A stretch of DNA of 64,000 bases from Camelus dromedarius. Lineage: Eukaryota. The notes below the pieces were generated by a model, which worked only from the letters and a program-made list of their open reading frames with translations, searched no databases and was not told where the DNA came from. The DNA is taken from assembly GCF_036321535.1 (NCBI RefSeq), contig NC_087472.1:95606001-95670000 (forward strand). The letters are read 5' to 3'. The translations under genes were made by a program, and so were the position numbers. Shown here piece after piece: positions 1 through 12,414 of the stretch. Every line of letters starts with the position of its first letter. Position 1 is the first letter of the stretch.

Positions 1-24
1 CTTGGAAAGGAAAACAGTATTTTA

Positions 25-380
25 TCATTTTTTATAATTGAAGTATAGTCAGTTTCCAGTGTTGTGTCAATTTCTGGTCTACAGCATAACAGTTCAGTCA
101 TACATATACATACATATATTCCTTTTCATATTCTTTTTCATTATAGATTACTACAAGATACTGAATATAGTTCCCTGTGCTATAAGAAGAAATCTGTTGT
201 TTATTTTATATATAGTAGTTACCATCTGCAAATCTCAAACTCCTGATTTATTCCTTCCTCCCTCTTTCCCCAACTGGTGACCATAAGTTTGTTTTCTATG
301 TCTGTGAGTCTTTTTCTGTTTTGTAAATAAATTCATTTGTCTTTTTTTAGATTCCACATATAACTGATATCATATAGTAA
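25..380 (-). mobile_element. L1 3' end, 5'-truncated, lineage-specific
   Basis: Reverse complement of L1 3'UTR and ORF2 end. Degenerate TSD ggaaaggaaaacagtatttta (4-24) / ggaaaggaaaatggcatttta (381-401). Confidence 0.9.
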
Positions 381-401
381 GGAAAGGAAAATGGCATTTT
401 A

Positions 402-1412
402 AATACATTACTTACCCTAAATTAATCCATAAATTTATTATAATCCTCATAAAAATACCAATAGATCTTTTTTTTTGAAATAGACAAGGTGATTCTAAAG
501 TCTACATGGAAAAATGAAGCCAGAATAACCAGAAAAATTCTAAAAAAAAAAAAAAATGAAGAGGCACTGGCACTATAAGAGATCGTGGTAACTATCTGAA
601 AAACTATTAGATTTACATTTCACACTGCACAGCACAATCAACTCCAAGTGTATCAAATATTTAATCATAAGCTTGGAAACCCTGAATGTGCTAGAAGAAC
701 ATGTAAGAGAATTGCTTTATAACTTGGCATGATAAAGGCCTTTCTAACTCTGACTTAAAGCTCAAAAGCCTAAAAGAAAACAGCAAAATAAAAATTAACA
801 AATTTTTTTCATGGAAAAAAGTATATAAACAAAAACAAAAGACAAATTATATTAGGGCATTTATTTGAAACATGCCACTAACTGCTAATCTCCATTTTAC
901 ATTTTTAAAAACTTCTAGAAATTGAGATAAAGGAGATTAATATCCCAATAGAAAAATGGACAAAGGATCTATCTAGTTACATATGAAAACACATGACCCT
1001 TAAACATATGATAATAAACCCAATCTTACTCATAAGATACCAAAATTTGACAAGAGACACAGTCTGTTGGCAAAGCTGTTGTAGAGGTAAACTATACATG
1101 ATCGGTTAGAGGGCAAAGCAGTAAAATTCCTCTAAAGAACAATTTGGTAATATCTATCAAATTACAAATAGATTTGCCGTCTAGTCTAGAAATCCCACTT
1201 CCAAGAATTCATTCTCTAAGTATACCTGCATATAGAAGAAGTAACGTCTGTACAAGGTTATCTTCTCATAGTACTATTTGTAATACCAAAAGATTGGAAA
1301 CAACCCAAGTGTCCAGTAAGAGGATACTGATTAAATAAACTATAATACATTCACACAATAAATGTTGCATCAGGAAGCTCTCTATGTACTCATTCAGAAA
1401 GATTCCCACAAT
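402..1412 (+). mobile_element. Ancient degenerate L1 (L1ME-like) ORF2/3' region
   Basis: Decayed ORF2-type motifs (gacaaggtgattctaaagtctacatggaaa; ttggaaacaacccaagtgtccagt); no intact ORF. Confidence 0.7.
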
Positions 1413-2080
1413 ATAGAAAACAGTTTTGAGATTCCTCAAAAAACTAAAAATAGACTTACCATATGATCCAGCAGTCCCACTCCTGGGCATATATCCAAAG
1501 GGAACTCTAATTCGAAAAGATACATGCACCCCAATGTTCATAGCAGCACTATTTACAATAGCCAAGACATGGAAACAGCCTAAATGTCCATCAACAGGTG
1601 ACTGGATAAAGAAGATGTGGTATATTTATACAATGGAATACTACTCAGCCATAAAAACCAACAACATAACGCCATTTGCAGCAACATGGATGCTCCAGGA
1701 GAATGTCATTCTAAGTGAAGTAAGCCAGAAAGAGAAAGAAAAATACCATATGAGATCACTCATATGTGGAAACTAAAAAGAAAAAAAAAATACAGAACAG
1801 AAATAGACTCATAGACATAGAATACAGACTTGTGGTTGCCAAGGGGGTGGGGGGTGGGAAGAGATAGACTGGGATTTCAAAATTGTAGAATAGATAAACA
1901 AGATTATACTGTATAGCACAGGGAAATATATACAAGATCTTATGGTAGCTCACAGAGAAAGGACTGTGACAATGAATATATATACGCTCATGTATAATTG
2001 AAAAGTTGTGCTCTACACTGGAACTTGACACAACATTGTAAAATGATTATAAATCAATAAAAAATGTTAAAAAAAAAAAA
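1413..2080 (+). mobile_element. L1 ORF2 C-terminus + 3'UTR + poly(A), apparently chimeric old/young
   Basis: ORF 1426-1776 (..[28 protein letters not shown]..) is the L1 ORF2 C-terminus. AATAAA and an A tail end at 2080. Confidence 0.95.
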
Positions 2081-2585
2081 GAAAGCTGTGGTATATTTAT
2101 ACAATGGAATACTACTCAGCCATAAAAAAGAATAAAATAATGCCATTTGCAGCAACATGGATGGACCTGGAGAATATCATTCTAAGTGAAGTAAGCCAGA
2201 AAGAGAAAGAAAAATACCATATATCACTCATATGTGGAATCTAAAAAAAAAAGACAAATGAATTTATTTATAAAATAGAAACAGACTCACAGACATAGAA
2301 AACAAACTTAAGGTTACCAGGGAGGAAGGGGGTGGGAAGGGATAAATTAAGAGTTTGATATTTGCAGATACTGACTGGTATATATAAAATAGATAAACAA
2401 GTGTATACTGTATAGCAAAGGGAACTATATTCAATATCTTGTAGTATCTTATGGTGAAAAAGAATATGAAAATGAATATATGTATATTCATTTATGACTG
2501 AAGCATTGTGCTGTACACCAGAAATTGACACATTGTAAACTGACTATACTTCAAAAAAAAAGTAAAAAAAGAAAAAAGAAAAAAA
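2081..2585 (+). mobile_element. Second L1 3' end in tandem (different subfamily)
   Basis: Resumes at ctgtggtatatttatacaatggaatactactcagcc; has its own 3'UTR and A tail (~2553-2585). Confidence 0.93.
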
Positions 2586-2690
2586 GAAGACACTAATGAA
2601 CTTTACTACAAAACAGAAACAGACTCACAGACATAGTAAACAAACTTATGCTTACCAGGGAGAAAAGGGGTGGGAAAGAAGAAAATGGGA
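2586..2690 (+). mobile_element. Third L1 3'UTR fragment, 3'-truncated
   Basis: aatgaactttactacaaaacagaaacagactcacagacatag matches the start of the L1 3'UTR seen at ~2257. Confidence 0.85.
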
Positions 2691-2737
2691 GGGCTCTCTG
2701 TCTGAGAGGAATGTTTGAAGGACTTGACCTCCCTTTC

Positions 2738-2915
2738 AGTTTTACCAGGTAAAATATAGGACATTCAGTTAAATTTAAATTTCAGATAAACTACTTAAAT
2801 GTCAGTACATCTCAAATGCTATATGCAACATTCTTCTACTAAAATAGTCTTCGTTGCTTATCTGAAATTCAAATTTAATTCAGCATCCTGTATTTTTATT
2901 TGTTAAATGTGGACA
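2738..2915. mobile_element. MER53-like palindromic hAT MITE
   Basis: Inverted arms agttaaatttaaatttcagataa (~2767-2790) / ttatctgaaattcaaatttaatt (~2858-2880), resembling the MER53 consensus. Confidence 0.8.
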
Positions 2916-3029
2916 AAAATCTCTCCCCTTCACTCCTGCCCAGGACTGAACCCACCATAAGAAATAGTGAGAGGGTGGTCTCAGGCAGTCACTAATCAAG
3001 AAAGAGGGGCAGAAGAGAAGGGATGTCCC

Positions 3030-3200
3030 AAAACATACATGTCTCATCAACTGAGGAATGGATAAACAAAATGTAGTATATACATACAATGGAATTTTAC
3101 TCAGCCTTAAAAGGGAATGAAATTCTGACAACATGGATGAAACTTGAAAACATTTTGCTAAATGAAACAAGCCAGACAAAGTATGTTTTACAATTAAAAA
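3030..3200 (+). mobile_element. Old L1 (L1MB-like) ORF2-end fragment
   Basis: gaatggataaacaaaatgtagtatatacatacaatggaattttactcagcc. Confidence 0.8.
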
Positions 3201-4004
3201 AAAAAATGTAAAGAGATTCCCCAAGGAACCCTTCCACTAGCTGCAATGATTTTTCCAAAGCCATTCAGCCATTTGTCAGTAGGGATAAACATCAATTCAG
3301 GGCTACTGCATTGTTTTTTAATGATTAGCATGTAGGCATGTATGACCAGATCATAAGCTCCTTTTTTGTTACAAGGTCATGCTTCTTTGTATCCTCTTCA
3401 GTGTAATACACATAGTAGATGTTGAAAATTATTTATTCAAATAGTTAGCACCTTTGGCCATATATTTCTTTTTAGTCAATACAAATTAGCTTATGTTAGG
3501 AGCTTTCTAGATATTGAACATTTTTACCAGTGACTCACTATGACTTCTGAATGGCTATTCCTGATCAGGTTTTACTATCTGAACAGGTTTCAAGACCTTA
3601 TATTAAACTAGTTTCATGAAGTCCTTATCATACACAAAATCCCAAGCCCCTTTTAACCTGCTTGTTGCTATCACAGCAGTTAGTTTGCAGAGCAATAAAG
3701 AATTTATATCTCAAATACTCGAAAGAAGGATGTCTACCAAAAGAACTTAACAAAAACTTTGAACCTGGAAAATAATACCTACAACATCCTTGAAAACATT
3801 GATCTTTTAAATATTCAAGTAATAATTCCTCACTCTTCTGTGAACCTGACACCAGATGAAGGCTATAATGATACATCAATGAAATAAGTTTATTATATTT
3901 CATCTTAAATCTGGTAACAGTATCCCCTAATACAACCACTGTGAATATAAAAGAAGGGTTTATCTAACTGTATTGACAAGTGGAGAAACACCGGGTAATT
4001 TTGT

Positions 4005-4160
4005 TTAAGCACTAAGCGAGTCTCTACCTCCTTACTTCTCAGTTTCCACGTGCATAAAAAGGATATAAAAATATCTGCTACACAGACCTCACAAGGTTGT
4101 TCTGGGAGTTAGATGATACAGTAACCCTGAACACACCTTTGAAACCTATAAAGTACTATA
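4005..4160 (+). mobile_element. MIR-family fragment
   Basis: Degenerate core ctcagtttcc..taaaaagg..acctcacaaggttgttctggg. Confidence 0.55.
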
Positions 4161-5419
4161 TGGTATCATGTTGACATTGTGAATTTCAGGAGTAAAACTG
4201 AACTTATCCCAACCACAGACAAGGAGCTGAACTGTCAGCAAAACTTTTGCATTAAAAAGTCCAACATGATGTTTAATCCTTAGAAAATTGAACTCATATT
4301 TCAGAAAAGATGTTAGATTCCAGGGTAATAATTAATAGGATGGTAAGTGGGACCACGTGTCTGGACCAATTCCCAGGGCCTATTCAAAAAATTCCCTGAA
4401 GTAACCAACATTTTGTTTGGGAGTATTTGAAGAGAGCATTTGATGTATTCAGCAGATAAGAGGTACATAATTTTCTAGAGATGAAGTTAAAAAAAAAGCC
4501 CATTTAAAAAAAAGTGTGAAATAATGAAGTCATCAAATAAGTTGTAGACAAGCTTATAAACTGCATAGTGTCCCTAGTATAAACAGCTATGTCTAACGAC
4601 ATCTCTCTCCTTGGTAGAATCTAGACACCATGGTAAAGGTCATGTTCATTAGAAGTCTGAATGTTCCAGTTGGAAACAATTTCTGCTAACTGAGCCAAAA
4701 ATCTTAACTGGTTCCTAACATAATTGTATTGCCTTGGCCTCATCAACATTATGTTCTAGCCAACTAAACTCCCTCCTTCTTCAATGACCTTCAAGAATAC
4801 AAGCAAGAGGCTCTTCTTTTTTGAAAGCATGACATAGGGATGCAAGGATACAGAAGGAAACAGCCTACAGAATCACAATTTCAACCTTGAAAGAGAAAAC
4901 TGCAAAACTCTTGGGCTTGTTCAATTCCTACAGAGAAAAAAAAGATATCTCCAGATTCTACTAAGGAAGCACAAAACATGGTCTCAGGGATTTTGAATGT
5001 TCTTATTGACTCTCCAATTTGGTTGCAAAATTAAATTAATTTACTTCAAGACTTTCAGGGTTAAAAGTTATACCGTTAAGAAGCTCTCTACTTGAAATTG
5101 TTATTGTTGAGGACAGATTTAAAATGCATTAGGTATATTCAGAAAACTAAATGGAAAAATAACAACACTAATTGGGCTGACCCTCCTGCCTCCAGAAAGT
5201 TAAGATATATGTTTGACAGGTAATTAAATGCAATATTCTAAAATGGGAGTGAAATCAACAGAGAAACTCTTCAGAATACCAATGGCAGAGTGGCTTATGT
5301 TTCTCTTACCTTCTTTTGACTCCCACAGAATGTTTTCCACTAAAATGGATGTTTGAGCCACTGCCAAAATGAAGAGCGTCTCTTTGGGAATGATACGTAT
5401 TTTGTATGGTTAGAGAGGC

Positions 5420-5660
5420 AATTTGAGGCTGAAAAATACATGAGTTTTAATATCTAGTAGACATGGGTCCAAATTCTAGTTGTGTCACTTACCAGCTCAT
5501 AGTGCTAAATTATTTAATCTCTCCAAGCCTCAGGGTTTCTTCCCTTCTATAAAATGGGGACAATAATATGCAAGACTGTTAGGAGAACAGGAAATTTCAT
5601 AAATATTTATATGGCCCATTACTGTGCTGGAGCATAGTATACTCACAATAAAAGTTTGTT
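5420..5660 (+). mobile_element. MIR SINE
   Basis: tcacttaccagct..tttaatctctccaagcctcag..tataaaatggggacaataat. Confidence 0.75.
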
Positions 5661-8109
5661 GAGCTGCATATATATTAAGAATGTCAATCTCAGACATTAT
5701 CTCCAAAAGAGAACATCATCATTGCAAAGATAATAGCTATTATTAGGATGTAGTTAACGCCTAGTGGGACTGTTCTTAGTGCTAACAGCTTTCAAATACA
5801 GATCTCACTTTGTTCTTAGCACTCACGCCCAACCACAAGCAGGTTTAATCCACATCAGTCTTCTCTTTAAAAAGGGTTATAATGGTATCAAACATTGAAG
5901 GCTTTGATTGGATAACTCAAAGAATTTCCCACCTGCTGTGATTCCGATTGGCTGAGTAGAAACAATAAAATGGCTACATCTGGGCTGACCTACAAAACTC
6001 ATTTTCCAACAACAACCAAATGGGCATTTAAGAAAAAGAATATCATCTCCGAAAGAAAGAAAGAGAAAAACACCATCTCCAAATAGGAGGAGAGAGTTGT
6101 TTTTTTAAATCCCATTATTCATTTTCAGCTTTAGGGCCACTAGATATAAGATTTACAAGTAAAATGAAAAAGGGATCCCCATGGTACATTTAAGGGCTGG
6201 AAGAATGCTAATGAAATTTTTTTGACTTTAAAGAAGACCTCATGGAAATAAAAAAATATATATTAAAAGGAAATCCACAAAAAATCAAGATAAATGCAGG
6301 AAAAAAATCAAAGACTGAGTACATATTTTAGCCCAATGAATCAGTCTGCTTGGGTTTCACAACAATAATACACACACATACACACACGTAACCTATTTGT
6401 GATGATTTCCTTCAGTTTGAGCATGAACACATTTTCTCTCCACTAAGAATGGGTTCTTTTATTCTCAGTTTCATTCAAGTAATAGTGGACTCAACTTTTC
6501 CTTAGTATGGTGGGATACCATGCTGTGGAAATGGCTTCAAATAATGAGCCCTGGTGGGGAGAGTGAAATGCTGCTCATGTTTACACTGGCGCACGGGCAT
6601 AAACAAAAGCTCCAGCACACCAGCAGCATTCTCTCCATTTGCTGATTTTCTCCAATATGGTTCCTGCTGAGACACAATAACAAGGGAAAATAACAAAAAG
6701 TCACCTAAAAGATCTGTTATGGGGATGGAGAGGACCATCTTTTTAAAATAAGACTATAATATGCTCATATAGTGTTGAAATTCACCCACCCTGGTCAAAA
6801 TAATTCATGAAGTTGAAGTTTCAAGTCTATTCAAAATACTGCCACAGGGAGCTTTACTGGTGCATGTCAAATAATAGAGTCCAAGGGCACCAGCCAGCCT
6901 AAAGAAGAGGCTCATTACCTAGGCCACCCCTTCTTCCGACCCTTCTTACCCACCACCCAACTACAGGGTATTGTTGGAGGCAGCCAATAGTAAGTCATGT
7001 GGCCAGAAATGGGCACAGTCCATAACGGATGTGGAGAGCATAACATGAATAGAGTAATTTTATGACCTTGAGCTCCACCACTATGCCTCCTATTTTTACG
7101 AAAACAATAACAATTTCTGATCAATTTATGAAATTCCCCATCAGAAGACTAAAATCAATATCATGCATCTAACTGCCCTTCCCATCCTGGGAACATTAAT
7201 TTTGTATAAGCATTTATCAGAGATTACAATCCATAAACTTGAGGAAAAGGGAAGGGAATAACTTCATCTGGGATTCCCTTAATTAGTTGTAATTTTCTGT
7301 ATTTCTGGAAATAATTTTACATTAGATTCTCAAAATCAGTTACCATAATGGAAGGCACAGTAGATACTATGATAGTTTATTTCTCTATCTTAATAATGAA
7401 TCAACAGCATTTCTCCATGCCATGGTGCTGGTAAGTACATTACAAAAAGAAATCTAGGCATAGGGAAATGGCTGGCCTTAACCCCCAAATTGTTAGGAAA
7501 TGGAATAAAAGTGAAAGCAACACAAAAAGGCATATAATGAATTTAATGACACTCAAATAGCTTGGTCTCTGCAGGATGCCACTGCTGCCTCTAAACATCC
7601 TATTGATGGCACTCACAATACCAGTAGCATCACTTTTACTAACAATTTTCAATGTGCTGTGACTCTTTGGACCAATCTACCACCCAACCACTGCAACTGA
7701 AGAGTTGGAACAAAGGTAAGTTACTGGCTCAAAATAGTTTAAATTTATATTTAAGTTCTTCATCTTCCTCTACCACCATGACTGCTCCCCACCCCAACTT
7801 TATTTCTAACCTCTTTTCTATATTTGTGTATTAGGTGGAAGAAAGGTTCAAGAGAAATGTCAGAATTGGGAGGAAAGAAATCCAGTAACAATTCATTGCC
7901 CCTAAAGCCCAGTACCAGAACCTGTGATATCATTCCCCCAAAGACATGAAGATTGGAAAAGACTCAAAATAAATTTGTCAGTGAGGCTACAATGGGGAAC
8001 AGTCTTAACCTCAGAAGACAGACTTTGAATTCAAATACTCCTAGGTGGAAAAGCAATGAGAGCCAAAGGAAATGGAGTTTAGCAAGGATTTTGGTGAGTG
8101 GATTAATCA

Positions 8110-8570
8110 TAAGTCTTTCCATTCTGATGGACAGAAATCTAACATAAAATGATTAAAAAAATGGTATTTCTGAATTATATAATTAAAGAGTCGAGGGAGA
8201 TTCTAGGTTCAGGAATGGTTTGAACCAGAGGGTCGAGCAATGTTTTCTCTCCCACTCCATTCTTCAGCTCTATTTCTCTCAGAAGGTTCTTTCCTGTCTC
8301 TTATTCCAACAGCTTAATTATCCCAGCAGAAGAAAAAGAAAGTTTCGCCTTCTCAGTATTTCCAGTAAAAACACCCAGGTTTGAGTTCCACTGATCAGGA
8401 CAAAATCACATACCCATTCCTGTAGTGCAGAGAAGTGTAGTGAGGAGAGGCATATTGGCCCCATCCGAACTTCATGGACTGAGAGTTTTCCAAAGGAAAA
8501 CCGAAGTGCTGTTACCCAAACAAAGAGGAAGGGACACAGGGCAGAACAAAGCAAAAGATATTCACCACAT
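8110..8570. mobile_element. Old ERVL-class solo LTR (LTR33-like)
   Basis: Terminal gggcagaacaaagcaaaagatattcaccaca resembles the LTR33 end. Confidence 0.5.
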
Positions 8571-8624
8571 TAGCATTACATGTTTAAGGACAAAACGTAA
8601 TCTAGATATGCACAATCGGGATAA

Positions 8625-9100
8625 TATAACAGAAATTTCTAATTGTTCTCCAATATCCATTTTCTCTTCCTTTCCTTTGGTAATAGATTCCCCAGGATGG
8701 TACCTGGTACAACACCACCCTTACAGCTAGGTGTAGCCATTTGACTTAGTTTAGGCTGATGGATGTGAGAGAAAGTCATGTGCAACTTTCAGGTCATCTC
8801 AGAGATGAAAATGTTTCTAGGAACTTGTTCTGTCTCCCTTCTTGCTCTCTGAGAAATAATCAGAACTACAGCTGCTGACTTGGACCAAGATCTAGAAGTC
8901 ACATATTAAAGATGGGAAAGTTGATCCATTAGCTTAGGTCACTGGATGACCCAGTAGAGCAGAAAAGTCCACCCAACCTAGACTACCCATCTAACCTTTA
9001 GACCTTTACCTGAAACAAAAATAAGTACCTTATCCATCTATATTTTATGTCTTAATTAAGCCACTATATTTTGGGGTCTTCTGTTTAACCTATACCCTAA
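8625..9100 (+). mobile_element. Old MaLR solo LTR (MLT1J/K-like)
   Basis: agctaggtgtagccatttgacttagtt..; 3' aagccactatattttggggt. Confidence 0.6.
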
Positions 9101-9553
9101 TTAATATATTAAAAGATTCACCATGGCCAAGTTCTAGAGAAAAATGGCAAAAAAAAAAAGTATTTTAAAATAATGGACCCATAAGGGTTTGTGAGTACAT
9201 TTTATTACATAAATGTAGCATTTTATGTAACTATAATATAGGATATATAATGAGAGCATATTTCTTAACCTTTATAGCATTAGATCCTTACACAAATAAA
9301 AGGAAAACAATAGCTATCTCTGAGTGGTGGAATTAGACATTATTTTTACTCTCTCCTTCGTGCTTGTCTTCATTTTATAAATTTTCTAAAATTAACTTAT
9401 GTTTCAAGTAAAATAGAAGTTATTACCAATCTTATAAAAAGTAAGGAAATGGCTTTTCTGAGGAAATTCTGTTCATAATATTAATATACATTGAGAGATG
9501 ATGAGATGATGTATGTAGCAATGGTCAAAAGCCAAATAAATCATCTCAGATAC

Positions 9554-10020
9554 TGTGGTAGGTTACAAAAATAGCCATGAATTCCTTCCATTTCTATTTC
9601 TATGCCCCTTTGCAATGTCACTTTGCAGCTCCTTCCATCGAGAAATGGAATATACTCCTCTATCCCTTGAAATCTGAGTTTGGCCATGTGACTTGCTTTG
9701 ATCAACAAGGCATTAACAAATATGGCAGAAACCTAGACGTGAAAGTACTTGCACATTGGACCTGGAACTTTCTTGCTACTCTTAGGAACCCTGAAACGAC
9801 CATATGTAAACAAGCCTAGGCTAGCATGCTAATAGGTGCCCAAGTTATCCCTGTCATCCCAGTTGACATCAAGCCAACCACCAGACATGTCAATGAGGAC
9901 ATACTGGACCATATAGCCTTAGCCGTGCTGGCCCAGACAAGAAGAGCCACCCAGTTGATCTACAGAACTGTGAGAAATAATCACATTTGTTTAAAGTCAC
10001 AAGTTTTGTGGTTGATTCCT
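9554..10020 (+). mobile_element. MaLR solo LTR (MLT1G/H-like)
   Basis: Starts tgtggtagg; ggccatgtgacttgctttg; agaactgtgagaaataat..gtttaaagtcac. Confidence 0.8.
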
Positions 10021-10830
10021 ATCTACCCTGTTAAACACAGGATGTTCTCTAGTTTAATCATTTTGAAGGGTAAAGTATATGTTGTACAGATTTTACTGAT
10101 AAAAATGATGAATTTACTAGTGAATACATATCATTATTTGAGTTTATTTGGTCTAAAGCACAAGACAGAAATGACTAAAGCAGGAAATTAGAAAGTAAAA
10201 GCAATATATAAAAGAAATAATGAATATGGTATTTTTATAAAGTTACAAGGTTCAAGTAGCATTATGTAATATTTTTCACTCACAAAATTCTCAGTAGAAA
10301 GATAATGGGCAAGAAAATTGTTGATGGTTTGAACTGGAATGAATTTATAGTTCATAAGAGTCATGCACTTAACAGCTGAGGAAACTGAGACTTAAAAAGG
10401 TGAACTGGTTTCCTCTGTTTTACACAACTTATACCAACCCCCAAAAAATGCTTCACTGCACTGTGAAGGCCTCTTTATCCTAATCTCAAATCATAGGGCA
10501 ATCTCAGAACCTTAGAGAAAATGAGTTTTAGGAATTCTGAATCAGAACAGTGCCTGACACCTTTTTGAAGAGCTCAACATATGAAAACCACAACAAGCAG
10601 TTCACGGATGTAACAAAGTCACAGCTAGTCCAAGGAGCTCTCCATAAACATTGGCTCTGTTCCATAATAGCCCTCCTGTGCTTATCCTCCAAAATATAGC
10701 TCCTCAAAATGTAAAGTAGACTAAATTTTGAAAGTAGAGGACAGATATATTCTTATTGGCAATTAGACACCAAAACAACTTTGTTAAAGCCTTGTATTTC
10801 TTTTCTGCTACATACTCTTGATGAAAACTT

Positions 10831-11320
10831 TGCTAGAGACAACGTGTTTGTCCCCCTAAAGTTCCTACATTGAAATTTAATCCCCAACATGATGGTATTT
10901 AAAGGTAGAGCCTTTGAGAGGTGATTAGGTCATGAGGGTGGAGCCCTCATGAATGAGATTAGTGCCCTTATAAACGAGGCCTCAGAGAGCTCCCTTGCCC
11001 CTTCTACCGCGTGAGGACACAGCAAGATGGCCATCTATGAACTGAGAAGCAGGCTCTTACTAGACAATGACTCTGCTGGTGCCTGAATGAGATTAGTGCC
11101 TTTATAAATGAGGCCTCAGAGAGCTCCCTTGCCCCTTCTACCGTGTGAGGACACAGCAAGACGGCCATCTATGAACTGAGAAGCAGGCTCTTACTAGACA
11201 ATGACTCTGCTGGTGCCTTGATCTTGGACTCCCCAGCCTCTAGAACTGTGAGAAATAAATGTGTGTTGTTTAAGTCACCTAGCCTATGGTATTCTTATTA
11301 TGGCAGTGTGAACCAAGACA
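10831..11320 (+). mobile_element. MaLR solo LTR (MLT1A-like) with internal 134-bp tandem duplication
   Basis: ggtgattaggtcatgagggtggagccctcatgaat..ttgatcttggactccccagcctctagaactgtgagaaataaa; ends in aagaca. Confidence 0.9.
10950..11217. repeat. Direct tandem duplication, 2 x 134 bp
   Basis: Copies 10950-11083 and 11084-11217 differ at 4 positions, all C/T. Confidence 0.97.
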
Positions 11321-11359
11321 AATATGCACAGCTGAAATGAAAATCCTCTAGTACTACAC

Positions 11360-12060
11360 ACTCAGTTTACTGCTGCAAGCCAACCTCCTGGAAACTCAGA
11401 GGCTTAAAACAATTTATTATTTCTCACAATTTTGCAGGTTGACCAGGTGGTTCTTCTGCTCTCTCCTGGACTTATTCATGCAGCTGTATTTGGCTGGCAG
11501 ATTAACTGGGGGCTGGGCTCATCTGGGACAGATGGCATAGCCCAGCCTCTCTCTCCACGTGGCCCTTCATCCAGGACTTCATGGAATGGTGATCCTGGGG
11601 AAGTGCTCAAAGAGGACAAGGACTCTGGAACTCATACACCACATTCTATCCAGCAAAGCAAGTCACATGGCCAACTCAGACCCAAGGGGTAGGGCAACAG
11701 ACTCCACTTATTTTTTTTAAAAAAAATTTACTAAAGTTTAGTTTATTTTAAACGTTAGTTTCAGGTGTACAGCAAAGTGATTCACTTATACATATACATA
11801 CACATTTTTTTTTCAGATTCTTTTCCATTATATGTCATTATAAGAAATTGAATGTATTTCCCTGTGCTATATGGTAGGTCCTTGTTGTTTATCTATTTTA
11901 TATATAGTAGTGTCTATCTGTTAACCCCAAATTCCCAATTTATCCCTCCCCTGTCCTTTCCCCTTTGGTTACCACAGTTTGTTTCTATGTCTGTGCAGAC
12001 TCCACTTTTTGATAAGATGAACTACAGAAGGTTGTAGCTATGCTTTTCAACCTACCACAA
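11360..12060 (-). mobile_element. Old MaLR solo LTR (MLT1I/J-like), interrupted by L1
   Basis: ggcttaaaacaatttattatttctcac..caaagcaagtcacatggcc..; ends ctaccaca. Confidence 0.7.
11710..11995 (-). mobile_element. L1 3'UTR insertion
   Basis: Reverse L1 3' end; TSD cagactccactt at 11698-11709 and 11996-12007. Confidence 0.93.
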
Positions 12061-12414
12061 ACATTCTGATCCAGGCTAGGAAATCTACTTTTTTGCCATT
12101 GTACACCAAATTAAAAATGACATTACTGGATTGGAAATCCCCACAAATTGCATTCCTAAATATCTAAGCTGCACCAAAATGAAATTTTTCCACAGAGAGA
12201 CACTGCAGTATTTGCCTTTTGATAATTGTCAAATCCATGAATAGCCTTCCAGAATGAGATGCTGCATTAGGAATTATACAGAATAGTTATCACCATCAGT
12301 CATTTCCAAGATGGTTATAAACTCAACATTGCCAACATACAATGCCACAAAAGGGAGTGCTAGAGTTTTTTTTTATTTAAGATTTAAATGCTAAGACGTG
12401 TGCAAATAAGAAAT

